64,000 nucleotides of DNA from Magnetococcales bacterium (lineage in GTDB: Bacteria; Pseudomonadota; Magnetococcia; Magnetococcales; UBA8363). Positions 18,093 through 26,940 of the stretch are shown here, piece after piece (positions within the stretch are counted from its first letter, which is position 1; every line of letters begins with the position of its first letter). Location: the NCBI GenBank assembly GCA_002753515.1, contig PEAK01000001.1, positions 110,138-174,137 of the forward strand, read 5' to 3'. Below the pieces are notes generated by a model. It was not told the origin of the DNA, searched no databases, and was given only the letters and a program-made list of their open reading frames with translations. The translations under genes and the position numbers were made by a program.

Positions 18093-19418
18093 CTACCCGA
18101 GCGATTCTAAAGCTTCGGTAATGCCATCCCAGGCGATATGCAGCTCTTCTTCGGTCAGGCAATACGGTGGCAACAGGTAAATGCAATCTCCCAGGGGGCG
18201 GATGAGCAGTCCCCGTTCCAGAAAGAAAGCCTTTAATTTTTGTCCGATGGCAGCGCTGTACCCCACGCCCCCGGTGCCGGTTACGTTCAGGGCGGCGATG
18301 ATCCCTGTACAACGCGGTTTGCTGACCCGGGGGTGGGTGCTGAGGGCCTGCAAACGCTGCCGGTGGATGGTTTCCAGGGTACGTGCCTGGTGCAAGGGTT
18401 GGCCGGTGGCAAAAAGATCCAAAGAGGCCAGAGCAGCGGCACAACCCAGTGGGTTTGCAGTAAAGGAGTGGCCATGGGCCAGGGCGCGGTCGAAGGTTTC
18501 ACCCAAGAAAGCCTCGTAAATAGCGTTCCGGCATACAGTGACGGCCATGGGCATGAATCCGCCGGTCAATCCTTTGGAGAGACAGATCAGATCGGGGGTG
18601 ACCCCGGCCTTCTCGCAGGCAAATAACGTCCCGGTACGCCCAAAGCCGGTCATGACCTCATCAAGAATAATCAGTCCCCCTGCTTGGCGTATCTTTTGTG
18701 TCAACCTTTGCAGGAAAAGGGGACGACACATGCGCATGCCAGCGGCTCCCTGGACCAACGGTTCCAGGATGATTCCCGCCAGCTCCGATCCAAAGTCATG
18801 CAAGTAGCTATCCACGGCTGCCAAGGCTTTTTCTTCGTTGGTCTCTACCAAGTCATCCCCTTCCCAGGTGGCCGGAAAGGGAAGGGTGTCCACCTGGAAC
18901 AGATAATCGTTGAAAGCATCGAAAAAACCTGAGGAACGGCCCAGGGACATGGCACCAACGGTATCCCCGTGGTACCCCCCTTCGAGAACCGCGATGCGCA
19001 GGCGTTTTTGACCTTGATTCCGGTGGTATTGGATGGCCATTTTCAGGGCAACCTCAACGGCGGTCGAACCATTGTCGGAATAAAAAACCCGGTTGAGGCC
19101 TTGGGGTAGTAGTTGGGTTAATCGTTGCGCCAGACGTACTGCGGGTTCGTGGGTGAAACCAGCGAAAATGACGTGTTCCAGCCTTTGCGCTTGCTCGGCT
19201 ATGGCCCGGGCAATATGGGGATGGGCATGTCCATGTACGGAAAGCCACCAGGATGAAATCAAATCCATGATACGTTTCCCATCGGCACCCTGCAACCAGA
19301 CTCCAGAAGCGGAAACAATGGGAACAGGGGGCGGAGAGGTGGCCTCCTGGGTGAACGGGTGCCATACATGCATCTGGTCAAGGCGGACCAACTCTTCGGC
19401 GAGATTTTCTTGAGACAT
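18093..19418 (-). CDS. bioA: Adenosylmethionine-8-amino-7-oxononanoate aminotransferase
   Basis: 441 aa. HVWHPFTQ near the N-terminus, a class-III aminotransferase core (DEVMTGFGRTG) and the PLP lysine context (LSKGLTGG). Confidence 0.85.
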   Translation of the reverse strand: MSQENLAEELVRLDQMHVWHPFTQEATSPPPVPIVSASGVWLQGADGKRIMDLISSWWLSVHGHAHPHIARAIAEQAQRLEHVIFAGFTHEPAVRLAQRLTQLLPQGLNRVFYSDNGSTAVEVALKMAIQYHRNQGQKRLRIAVLEGGYHGDTVGAMSLGRSSGFFDAFNDYLFQVDTLPFPATWEGDDLVETNEEKALAAVDSYLHDFGSELAGIILEPLVQGAAGMRMCRPLFLQRLTQKIRQAGGLIILDEVMTGFGRTGTLFACEKAGVTPDLICLSKGLTGGFMPMAVTVCRNAIYEAFLGETFDRALAHGHSFTANPLGCAAALASLDLFATGQPLHQARTLETIHRQRLQALSTHPRVSKPRCTGIIAALNVTGTGGVGYSAAIGQKLKAFFLERGLLIRPLGDCIYLLPPYCLTEEELHIAWDGITEALESLG

Positions 19419-19578
19419 GATCAGGACTCCAAAGGTTACTTGAGGTTATCCCCCGTTTCCCAGAATTTTCCACATCCATGCCCGATCCGGCTTGACATAT
19501 CGAAACTTAAAGTGACAAAAGGGTGGGCCGAGGCCAATAGGGTCGGGTCGTTGTCACCAATCGCCATGAAGGAATGCC

Positions 19579-20418
19579 ATGCTTCGATCGATTAAAAAAG
19601 TTGTCAGGCCCCTGTTGGAAAAGGTTGGATTGCTCACGCCATACGATCTGCCCAATTATCGCGAGGTCATATTTCAAGCCCTGACCCGTAAACTACCCAA
19701 CTTGCACGGTAAAAAAATACTGGAAATCGGACCCAAGGATGGCAAGGATACTTATCGCTTGGCTTCTCTGGCACCAGAATCTTTCCTCATCATAGATATT
19801 CCTTCGGATTATACGCTGAATGTTACGTCGTCTTTTCGAGCCCCACGGGAAAAACTGCCGGCCTGGTTCCATGAAATTGCCTGCCAGAAGAAAACCTACC
19901 GTGAAGGTAACCTGGTTTATCTTACTCCTCAGGAGGTGGCTGATCTGGGGCAATTCGATCTGATATGGTGTACCGGTGTGCTGTATCACAACCCGGAACA
20001 ATTGAGGTTTCTGAAACGCTTGTTCAACCTCCTCAGCCCTGGCGGTTTACTGGTTCTGGAAACATCCCTGACCAGGCATCCGCAGTTGAAACATCACAAT
20101 TGCGTAGAAATCTTATGGCCAAAATCGCAATTGTGTCTCCGAGTCGGGGAAGATGATAACCGTTTGATTCCAAGCTTGCTAGCTCCAGATCAGAATCAAT
20201 CTTTATCCATCCAAGCCAACGTGTCCCATTTGCCGTCTCGGAAGGCGGTACTCAGTTGGATGGAAATGTGTGGGTTTCAAAACATGGAAGAGGTTGAGAT
20301 CCCCTTAGCCGCCCAATCCCGCATGGCTCTCTTCGCCACCAAAGGTCACTTCATGGGATATACCTACTCCAATCGCGGACCCTCGCCCTCGCCCTATGCC
20401 ATCGGCGGTTCACTGTAA
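19579..20418 (+). CDS. Class I SAM-dependent methyltransferase (CmoB/DUF1698-like)
   Basis: 279 aa. GKKILEIGPKDGKDT (degenerate motif I) and DLIWCTGVLYHNPEQLRFLKRLFNLLSPGGLLVLETS closely parallel the CmoB-type GVLYH...GGELVLETL block. A spot count gives about 43% GC, lower than the neighbours. Confidence 0.7.
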   Translation: MLRSIKKVVRPLLEKVGLLTPYDLPNYREVIFQALTRKLPNLHGKKILEIGPKDGKDTYRLASLAPESFLIIDIPSDYTLNVTSSFRAPREKLPAWFHEIACQKKTYREGNLVYLTPQEVADLGQFDLIWCTGVLYHNPEQLRFLKRLFNLLSPGGLLVLETSLTRHPQLKHHNCVEILWPKSQLCLRVGEDDNRLIPSLLAPDQNQSLSIQANVSHLPSRKAVLSWMEMCGFQNMEEVEIPLAAQSRMALFATKGHFMGYTYSNRGPSPSPYAIGGSL

Positions 20419-20791
20419 TAGACGACTCGGAAGATTAAGGCGTACTTACGAAGCTTTTGCGGGGGACCGGGGGGAGGGGAACTGAGGTGGACCCCATTGC
20501 AAGGACAATTTTTCGGAAGAATTAAGCGACACTTTCCTCTCAATTTCGTCTTCTGTTTTACAAACCTTGACATGTCATCCAAAATGGCAAAGTTGGTGGT
20601 GCCGGATGAAACAGAGGCAGGCTCTGCTGAGGAGCAACCTGCCAAGGGATAGTCCGGTCAAGACTTACCAAAATGGTGATTGGGGTACGGAAAAAATGAA
20701 TCCGTACCCCAACATACCAGATGGTAGAACTTGTCATGCCTAAAAAACCTTTCGCATGGATCTGTAAGGGGTTTTGGTCGCCATATGTTGA

Positions 20792-21432
20792 TCATGCCAC
20801 TTCCCGATTGAGGTGGATTCCTGCATCAATTTGGTCAGGCGTTCGGTAACCCAGTGACTCGTGAAGCCGTATGGCATTGTATTCCTGAACCATTCCCCGA
20901 TCCCGTGTCTGGCCTCAGAACCGGTGGCATAGGCATTCAGGTAAACATTTTCATACTTCAAACTGCGCCAGAGACGTTCCACGAAAATAGTGTCCACGAA
21001 CCGACCACGACCATCCATGCTGATTTTGACATCGTGGGACTTCAAAACCCCCGTGAATGCCTCACTCGTAAACTGGCTGCCCTGATCGGTATTGAAGATT
21101 TCCGGTTGACCGTACTTTGCCAATGCATCCTCCAAAGCTTCGATGCAAAAACCCGTTTCCATTGTGTTGGAAAGCCTCCAGGAAAGAACTTTCCTGCTGT
21201 ACCAATCCATGATGGCCACCAGATATAGAAACCCTCTGGGCATTGGAATATAGCTGATGTCCGTCGCCCATACCTGATTGGGCCAACCAATCGTAACCCC
21301 ACGAAGAAGATAGGGATATATCCTGTGTTCAGGATGCGGCTTGCTGGTATTTGGCTTCTGGTAAATGGTCTCAATGCCCATCAACCGCATTAGCCGCTGC
21401 ACCCGCTTTCTGTTCCATTCTTTGGGTATGGC
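20792..21432 (-). pseudogene. IS3-family transposase OrfB (DDE/rve), N-terminally deleted and frameshifted
   Basis: The DDE core is intact (VWATDISYIPM, FNTDQGSQFTS, FVERLWRSLKYE). About 65 aa that normally precede KRVQRLMRLMGI are missing. The conserved tail (E)YNAIRLHESLGYRTPDQ is found only in another frame (20881 down to TGA 20792-20794), implying a 1-nt loss near 20889. Confidence 0.72.
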
Positions 21433-21717
21433 TCATGGACCGAGCCTTCTGGACAAAAAATCTTTCTCCACAGTGAGTTGCCCAATCTGTTTGTACAACT
21501 CCGAGATGAACGATTCCTGAACTTTGTTAGCCTTTTTTCCCTTCTCGAATAATTCTGCCGCCCCTTCCTGCAACATCTTTTTCCACGTGTGAATCATGGC
21601 TGGATGGATTCCATACCGACTGGCCAACTGAGCCACGGTTTCCTCATTCTTCAGTGCATCCATAGCCACCTTGGCTTTGAAGCCCGCATTATGTTGACGT
21701 CGTTTCGCTGTACTCAT
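21433..21717 (-). CDS. IS3-family transposase OrfA (HTH + leucine zipper)
   Basis: 94 aa. MSTAKRRQHNAGFKAKVAMDAL...VAQLASRYGIHPAMIHTWKK...LYKQIGQLTVEKDFL. The SD AAAGGAGG precedes ATG 21717. Its TGA (21433-21435) is in the same frame as the orfB remnant. Confidence 0.78.
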   Translation of the reverse strand: MSTAKRRQHNAGFKAKVAMDALKNEETVAQLASRYGIHPAMIHTWKKMLQEGAAELFEKGKKANKVQESFISELYKQIGQLTVEKDFLSRRLGP

Positions 21718-21943
21718 TTTCCGCCTCCTTTGTTGAATTTAGGAGAGGCAATTGTACTTAACCAACTGTCGCATTCTTGGGGTCCACCATACATCTTCGA
21801 CGCCCAGTCCCTGGATGAAGTTTTTTCGGACACGGAGTGACACAAATTTCCAAGAACAATTTGTGTATTCCGGTGAGCGGAGATGGTGAAATCCTGAACA
21901 ATCTGACTGTGGAAGAGTTGTTTCACCGTGTTCCAATACTTCG

Positions 21944-23170
21944 TCAGGGAGGATTTGGACAGATTTTTTTGACCATCAACGCTTCTTCCGAACTGGCCCG
22001 TACGTGCTGGGCGAGGTCGGCGTCTATGGTTTGCCAGGACACCGATGCGGCAATTTTGCCATAGAGCCAGTTCATAACCGGGTTTTTATGGCGGTTGTAG
22101 TTGGTCAGGGGGAGCAGACGATGCCCGGTCAATATTTTCGGGCCATAGCCCGTCTGGCCACTCTGGATGGACCGGATCCCATGACCCAGGGCCCAATCCA
22201 CCGCCGCTTCCCACAGGCGGAAATAGAGCAACCATTCCGTCGGTCGATGATAATCGATGCCGATGAATTTGTTAATCATGGTGTTGGAAAAAACGAAACA
22301 GAGCATGAAAGCAACGATTTTATCGCTTTTCGGTTCTTTCAGCACAATGAAATGAGTAGACGATTCTTCGGCGAGAAGCTCGAAAAAACGGCGCGTGAGT
22401 CGTTCAAATTTGACCTGGGCCTTTTCATAGGTCTGGGAAAACAAGGCAAAGATCGTGTCTAGTGTTGCTTGATCGGGGTGCTGGAGGATTTCGCAGTCCA
22501 ACGCGACTGCTTGGGCACTGCGCAGCCATTTCTTTTTAAGGTTGTGTCGCCGGCTTCCCTTCAAAGATGCCAGATAGTCCATTTTGCCGGGTCCGGGCAG
22601 ATCGCACAGCGTTCCCGGAAAACAGACCACCGGAAACAGACCATACCTGTGCTGCAATCCTTGCAAGATAGAAATGTCCCGGGGGGGGAAATCTTTCCAG
22701 GAAAGCCATGTGGCTTTGAATCGTGCGACGCGTTCCGGCAAGGCTTCCTGGATGGTGATGAATACGGCCATGCGATCCACCCCGGGCAGGATGCCCACGT
22801 GTCCTTCATCCGAGCATGGCGAACCGACGAATACGGTGCGGTGGAACTGCAAGGAAGGGGCGATTCCTTTGAGTGCATGGATCACGGAACACAACCAGGG
22901 CGGTGCCAGAATGGTGATGGGGACATCCATGATGAAAACCGGGGCGATGGCAATCGCCCGGTCGGTATGGCTGACCACCCCATATTGGAATTGAAATTGA
23001 GCATCAAGGCCGCTCATTTCCAGGGCTTTGTACCACCATCGCCCTTCCAGGGGGGGTGGGAAACACATGTCCCACATGGACTCAGGGATATCGTCCGCAG
23101 CATCCAGCCAGGTAATTTTCCATGCCTTTGACATTTCAGGGGGGCGCTGTTTATTGATCGGGAACATCAT
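21944..23170 (-). CDS. FemAB/BioF2-like GNAT-superfamily acyltransferase (family assignment tentative)
   Basis: ATG 23170 overlaps the upstream stop (ATGA). 408 aa. The N-terminal W..L......W..ALE.SGL pattern and the KGSRRHNLKKK block resemble FemAB-like / Acetyltransf_6-type proteins, judged by eye only. Confidence 0.5.
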   Translation of the reverse strand: MMFPINKQRPPEMSKAWKITWLDAADDIPESMWDMCFPPPLEGRWWYKALEMSGLDAQFQFQYGVVSHTDRAIAIAPVFIMDVPITILAPPWLCSVIHALKGIAPSLQFHRTVFVGSPCSDEGHVGILPGVDRMAVFITIQEALPERVARFKATWLSWKDFPPRDISILQGLQHRYGLFPVVCFPGTLCDLPGPGKMDYLASLKGSRRHNLKKKWLRSAQAVALDCEILQHPDQATLDTIFALFSQTYEKAQVKFERLTRRFFELLAEESSTHFIVLKEPKSDKIVAFMLCFVFSNTMINKFIGIDYHRPTEWLLYFRLWEAAVDWALGHGIRSIQSGQTGYGPKILTGHRLLPLTNYNRHKNPVMNWLYGKIAASVSWQTIDADLAQHVRASSEEALMVKKICPNPP

Positions 23171-23493
23171 ACGGCGACCAAACTGCAACCTACCACGATC
23201 AGGACCAAGCCCAGCCAACGGCGTCGATCCATCCGTTCCCGTAACAACCACCAGGAGAGCAGAGAGGTCGTGACATATGTTAGGGCGCCCAACGTGTAGG
23301 CGGTGCTGACATCGAGCCAATGCAGCCCGAATGTATACAGAATGGCCTCACAGGCAAAAAAAGTAACGCCCAGGCCCATCCACAACCAGCGATTTTCCCG
23401 GGGGAGAACCGATTTTTTGAAGCAAATATGGGCAATGCCTTCGAGGGTGGCTGCCGCTATCACCAGCCAAATGCCAACGATGATTGAACTCAC
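23167..23493 (-). CDS. ArnE-like small EamA/SMR-type membrane protein (4 TM)
   Basis: GTG 23493 overlaps the upstream stop (GTGA). 108 aa. LEGIAHICFKKS...WLWMGLGVTFFACEAILYTFGLHWLDVSTAYTLGALTYV...RRRWLGLVLIVVGCSLV tracks E. coli ArnE along its length by eye. Confidence 0.6.
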   Translation of the reverse strand: MSSIIVGIWLVIAAATLEGIAHICFKKSVLPRENRWLWMGLGVTFFACEAILYTFGLHWLDVSTAYTLGALTYVTTSLLSWWLLRERMDRRRWLGLVLIVVGCSLVAV

Positions 23494-23900
23494 GGGATCA
23501 TGTCTGCGGTGGGATTTTGCTGCGGCTCTCCCGACCCGATCAGGGCAACACCGGCCAGAACACAGGCGATACCCACCACCTTGGCGGTCCCCAGGGGTTC
23601 TCCCAACCACAGGTGCGACAAACCAGCGACCGTGACATAACTCAACGAGGTAATGGGCAGGGCAAAGCTCAGATCAGACTTTTCAAGGACTTCAAGCCAG
23701 TTGAACAATTGCAATAGTAAAACGCCTACCACCAGCAGAAACAAGGGTTGGTGCAGAATCGTATCGACGGCCTGCCACGGCGATTGCCAATCGGGGAGGT
23801 TTCCGACAGCAAACTTCCATAACAATTGCCCGGCGGTATCCAGTACAACGACCAATCCCAAGCCAATGGCGAGCTTTCGTTTCACGTTCTGCAAACTCAT
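23490..23900 (-). CDS. ArnF-like small EamA-type membrane protein (4 TM)
   Basis: ATG 23900, 136 aa. EamA half-domain strings: SFALPITSLSYVTVAGLSHLWLGEPLGTAKVVGIACVLAGVALIG. It is paired with the ArnE-like gene, as arnE/arnF are. Confidence 0.55.
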   Translation of the reverse strand: MSLQNVKRKLAIGLGLVVVLDTAGQLLWKFAVGNLPDWQSPWQAVDTILHQPLFLLVVGVLLLQLFNWLEVLEKSDLSFALPITSLSYVTVAGLSHLWLGEPLGTAKVVGIACVLAGVALIGSGEPQQNPTADMIP

Positions 23901-24359
23901 AATCAGACCAGGATCCAAAGGGCATGCGGATTGCTGTCAGGAAATGTGCTGAATATTTGGGCAAGTTTCATTAATTTATGCCCTGTTTTTCAGCATCCAG
24001 CATGCCATCAGTCCTCCGTGGCCCGCAAGGCCACGTTCAAAAAATCAGATCGATTTTTTCGTATTCCACCACAATACGTTTGCGCTTGGTTTTGTTCAGC
24101 ATCCAGCCAAAAACCTTCATGACGGCCTTTTTTCCGTATACGGCCCAATAAAAATGCCTGGACATAATGCCCTCTCTTCCTCGTTGTCAGCCGGCGCATG
24201 GCGGCAAAAATTGCACTGCCCGTTACCCTTGGATTTGGTCTTAAGGCGCTATGGACCCTGGGTTTCAAGCCTGTTTGCCTGGATGTTCCATAGGGCGCTG
24301 AAGGATATAGCGCATGATACGTGCCAACCTTGAACGGGATTGCACCGGCACCAAGGGGG

Positions 24360-26702
24360 CTAGGGTCGCTTGATCGCTTTGGAGAAAGCAGCCGCCATGG
24401 CATTGTCCGACAAGTCGGATTCGGAAACTTTTGGGCTCTGAGGGCGATAGGGGGCATCTCGTTTGGGCTGGGTGGATGGTTCCATGGGATCGTGCAAACG
24501 CATGCTGAGGGCGATGCGACGGCGCTTCACGTCAATCTCGACGACTCGAACCTTGACGATCTCCCCGGCGCGGACAACGGTGTGGGGGTTCTTGACGAAA
24601 TGATCAGCCATGACAGAGATATGCACCAGTCCATCCTGGTGGACGCCAATGTCGACAAAGGCACCAAAGTTGGTCACATTGCTGACCACGCCCTCCAATA
24701 TCATCCCGGGTTGCAAATCCTTCAAATCTTCGACCCCCTCTTTGAACGTCGCGGTTTGAAAGACCGGTCGGGGATCCCGACCCGGTTTTTCCAATTCTTG
24801 CAAAATATCTTTGACCGTGGGTTCGCCAAAGCGGGCATCAATTACTTTGGTGGCGGGAAAGCTTTTTAATACTTTTTGATTTCCGATAAGCTGCGTTAAA
24901 GGAAGGCCGGTGATCTGCAAAATTTTTTCGACCAGTTCGTAAGATTCTGGATGGACCGCCGAATTGTCCAGGGGGGTGTCCCCGTTGTGGATGCGCAGGA
25001 AACCGGCAGCCAGTTCAAATGTTTTGTTGCCAAAGCGTGGTACTTTGTTCAAGGAGCGTCGATTGGGAAAGGGGCCATTTTTTTCCCGGTAACTGACAAT
25101 GTTTTCAGCCAGGGTGGTGTTGAGGCCGGAAACACGCTGTAGCAGGGGTGGCGAAGCGGTATTGACATCCACACCCACCGCATTGACCGCATCTTCGACC
25201 ACACCATCCAGGCTGACAGACAAACGTTTGGGGTCCACGTCATGTTGATACTGCCCCACGCCGATCGATTTGGGATCGATTTTGACCAATTCGGCCAAAG
25301 GATCTTGCAGCCGTCGGGCGATGGAAACCGCCCCACGCAGGGATACATCCATCTCCGGCAATTCTTTGGACGCATAGGCCGAAGCGGAATATACCGAGGC
25401 CCCCGCTTCACTCACCAGTACCCCTTCCATGTTGAGTTCGGGATGCTCTTTTTTCGCTTCAGCGACCAGGCGAGCCGTTTCTCTCGACCCAGTGCCATTG
25501 CCGATGGCAATCAAGCGTACGTTAAACTTTTTGGCCAAAAGGGCCAGGTTACGTTTGGCTTCCTGCCATTGGTTTTTCGGGGGGTGGGGGTAGAGTGTGG
25601 TGGTTATCTCCACCTTGCCTGTTTTGTCCACCACCGCCACCTTGACCCCGGTACGCAAACCGGGATCCAGACCAATCACCCCCACCATTCCCGCCGGTGC
25701 TGCCAACAATAAATCCCGTAAATTGGCGGAAAAAACCCGGACTGCTTCGTCCTGAGCTTTTTCTTCGAGTTGTTTGATCAGGTCGGTCACCGTATGGGGC
25801 TTGAGCTTTTTCAACCACGTGTCATGAACGACATCCAGAAGCCATGCATCTCCAGGACGCCCCTTATTCTGAATGGAAAAATAGTGACATATCAGGGATT
25901 CACCAAAGGTGAGGGTTTTACCTGAAGATGCCAGATCCTGCGCATGTTCCAACCCCAAGCGCAACACTCCGGCGTTTTTTCCGCGTAACAAAGCCAATAT
26001 GCGGTGGGCAGGGAGCTTTTTCACCGGTTGATCAAACGCGAAATAGTCAGAAAATTTTTCTCCTTCCTCCTCTTTTCCTTTGACCAGCCGCGATTGCATG
26101 ACGCCATACTCCCACAACGCTGTCCTGACCTGGCCGATCAGGGTGGCCTCCTCGGAGAGGAATTCGGCCAGGATATGTTTGGCCCCTTCCAATGCCGCTT
26201 CGCCATCCGCAACCCCCTTATCCGCGCTTGCGAAGGGGAGGGCTGCCTTTTCCGGGACCAAAGTTGGATCACCCAAGAGCATCATTGCCAAAGGTTCCAG
26301 CCCCGCTTCCCGCGCTTTCGCAGCCTTGGTACTGCGTTTGGGGCGATAGGGGAGGTAAAGATCTTCAAGCCGGGTTCGGGTATCGGCTTCCAGTATGGCT
26401 GTTTCCAACTCCGATGTTAGCTTGCCCTGCTGGCGAATGCTGTTGAGAACCGAAATTCGGCGTTCGGCCAATTCGCGCAACTGTACCAGCCGTTCGGACA
26501 ACGTGCGAAGATGATCGTCGGTCAATCCCCCGGTAATTTCCTTGCGGTATCTGGCAATGAAGGGAACGGTCGCCCCTTCGTCCAACAACTGTACCGCCGC
26601 AGCAACCTGGTTTTCGTGAACGCCAAGCTCTTCGGCCAAGCGATGGTTGACCTTTCGCGTGGCCAAGGCATCCGACGAGGATAAGGTTTCGTGTGTTGTC
26701 AT
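24360..26702 (-). CDS. tex: Tex-family RNA-binding transcription accessory protein
   Basis: 780 aa. LLDEGATVPFIARYRKE near the N-terminus, a YqgF/HhH middle, and a C-terminal S1 domain (GMILEGVVSNVTNFGAFVDIGVHQDGLVHIS). Confidence 0.92.
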   Translation of the reverse strand: MTTHETLSSSDALATRKVNHRLAEELGVHENQVAAAVQLLDEGATVPFIARYRKEITGGLTDDHLRTLSERLVQLRELAERRISVLNSIRQQGKLTSELETAILEADTRTRLEDLYLPYRPKRSTKAAKAREAGLEPLAMMLLGDPTLVPEKAALPFASADKGVADGEAALEGAKHILAEFLSEEATLIGQVRTALWEYGVMQSRLVKGKEEEGEKFSDYFAFDQPVKKLPAHRILALLRGKNAGVLRLGLEHAQDLASSGKTLTFGESLICHYFSIQNKGRPGDAWLLDVVHDTWLKKLKPHTVTDLIKQLEEKAQDEAVRVFSANLRDLLLAAPAGMVGVIGLDPGLRTGVKVAVVDKTGKVEITTTLYPHPPKNQWQEAKRNLALLAKKFNVRLIAIGNGTGSRETARLVAEAKKEHPELNMEGVLVSEAGASVYSASAYASKELPEMDVSLRGAVSIARRLQDPLAELVKIDPKSIGVGQYQHDVDPKRLSVSLDGVVEDAVNAVGVDVNTASPPLLQRVSGLNTTLAENIVSYREKNGPFPNRRSLNKVPRFGNKTFELAAGFLRIHNGDTPLDNSAVHPESYELVEKILQITGLPLTQLIGNQKVLKSFPATKVIDARFGEPTVKDILQELEKPGRDPRPVFQTATFKEGVEDLKDLQPGMILEGVVSNVTNFGAFVDIGVHQDGLVHISVMADHFVKNPHTVVRAGEIVKVRVVEIDVKRRRIALSMRLHDPMEPSTQPKRDAPYRPQSPKVSESDLSDNAMAAAFSKAIKRP

Positions 26703-26940
26703 GGTAGGTTGTTTCTCCCGAATGATGACCGGAAATCAATATTTTAACCCTTGTGTATCCGTGTTTGTGCCAGGAATGCAAGCAATTTCAGCATGCGCTC
26801 ACCCCGATTTTTTTGGTCGTCTGCGACCGGATGCCGTTTCCTTTTATTCGGTAAAAAGGTAACATCGCCGACCGTGCCAGAACGAAATGACATAGCAAAT
26901 CCTTAATGGTCGTTTTCCTCCTTAACCCGGGAATATCCTC

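Larger units (their letters stand above)
20483..21793 (-). mobile_element. Decayed IS3-family insertion sequence
   Basis: It carries orfA plus a DDE orfB. The minus-strand end at 21793 (TGTATGGTGGACCCCAAGAATGCGACAGTT) matches the plus-strand sequence at 20483 (TGAGGTGGACCCCATTGCAAGGACAATT). GGTGGACCCCA is 11/11 identical and GACA.TT is in register. An alternative, weaker right end lies near 20697. No clear target duplication was seen. Confidence 0.6.

Noticed and set aside
19579-20418. The methyltransferase divergent from bioA, considered as BioC (malonyl-ACP methyltransferase).
   Set aside because: It lacks the GxGxG motif I typical of BioC, and its conserved block resembles CmoB/DUF1698 instead. 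Its low GC and adjacency to the IS argue for an unrelated acquired gene.
20394-20645. An 83-aa minus-strand ORF and a 27-aa plus-strand ORF in the DNA between the methyltransferase gene and the IS transposase.
   Set aside because: Neither has an SD or a domain. The region matches IS terminal or subterminal sequence and is most likely non-coding IS DNA.
21433-21435. The in-frame TGA between IS orfA and orfB, considered as programmed readthrough or selenocysteine.
   Set aside because: IS3 elements use -1 frameshifting, not readthrough. The junction skips about 65 aa of conserved OrfB sequence, so a deletion explains it better. No SECIS-like hairpin follows.
17898-24000. A possible genomic island integrated at tRNA-Leu.
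   Set aside because: The tRNA 3' end faces the REC-PP2C gene only 44 nt away, and its 5' side is housekeeping bioA. No integrase and no direct repeat of the tRNA 3' end were seen. The accessory patch near 19.6-23.9 kb is better explained by local IS activity.
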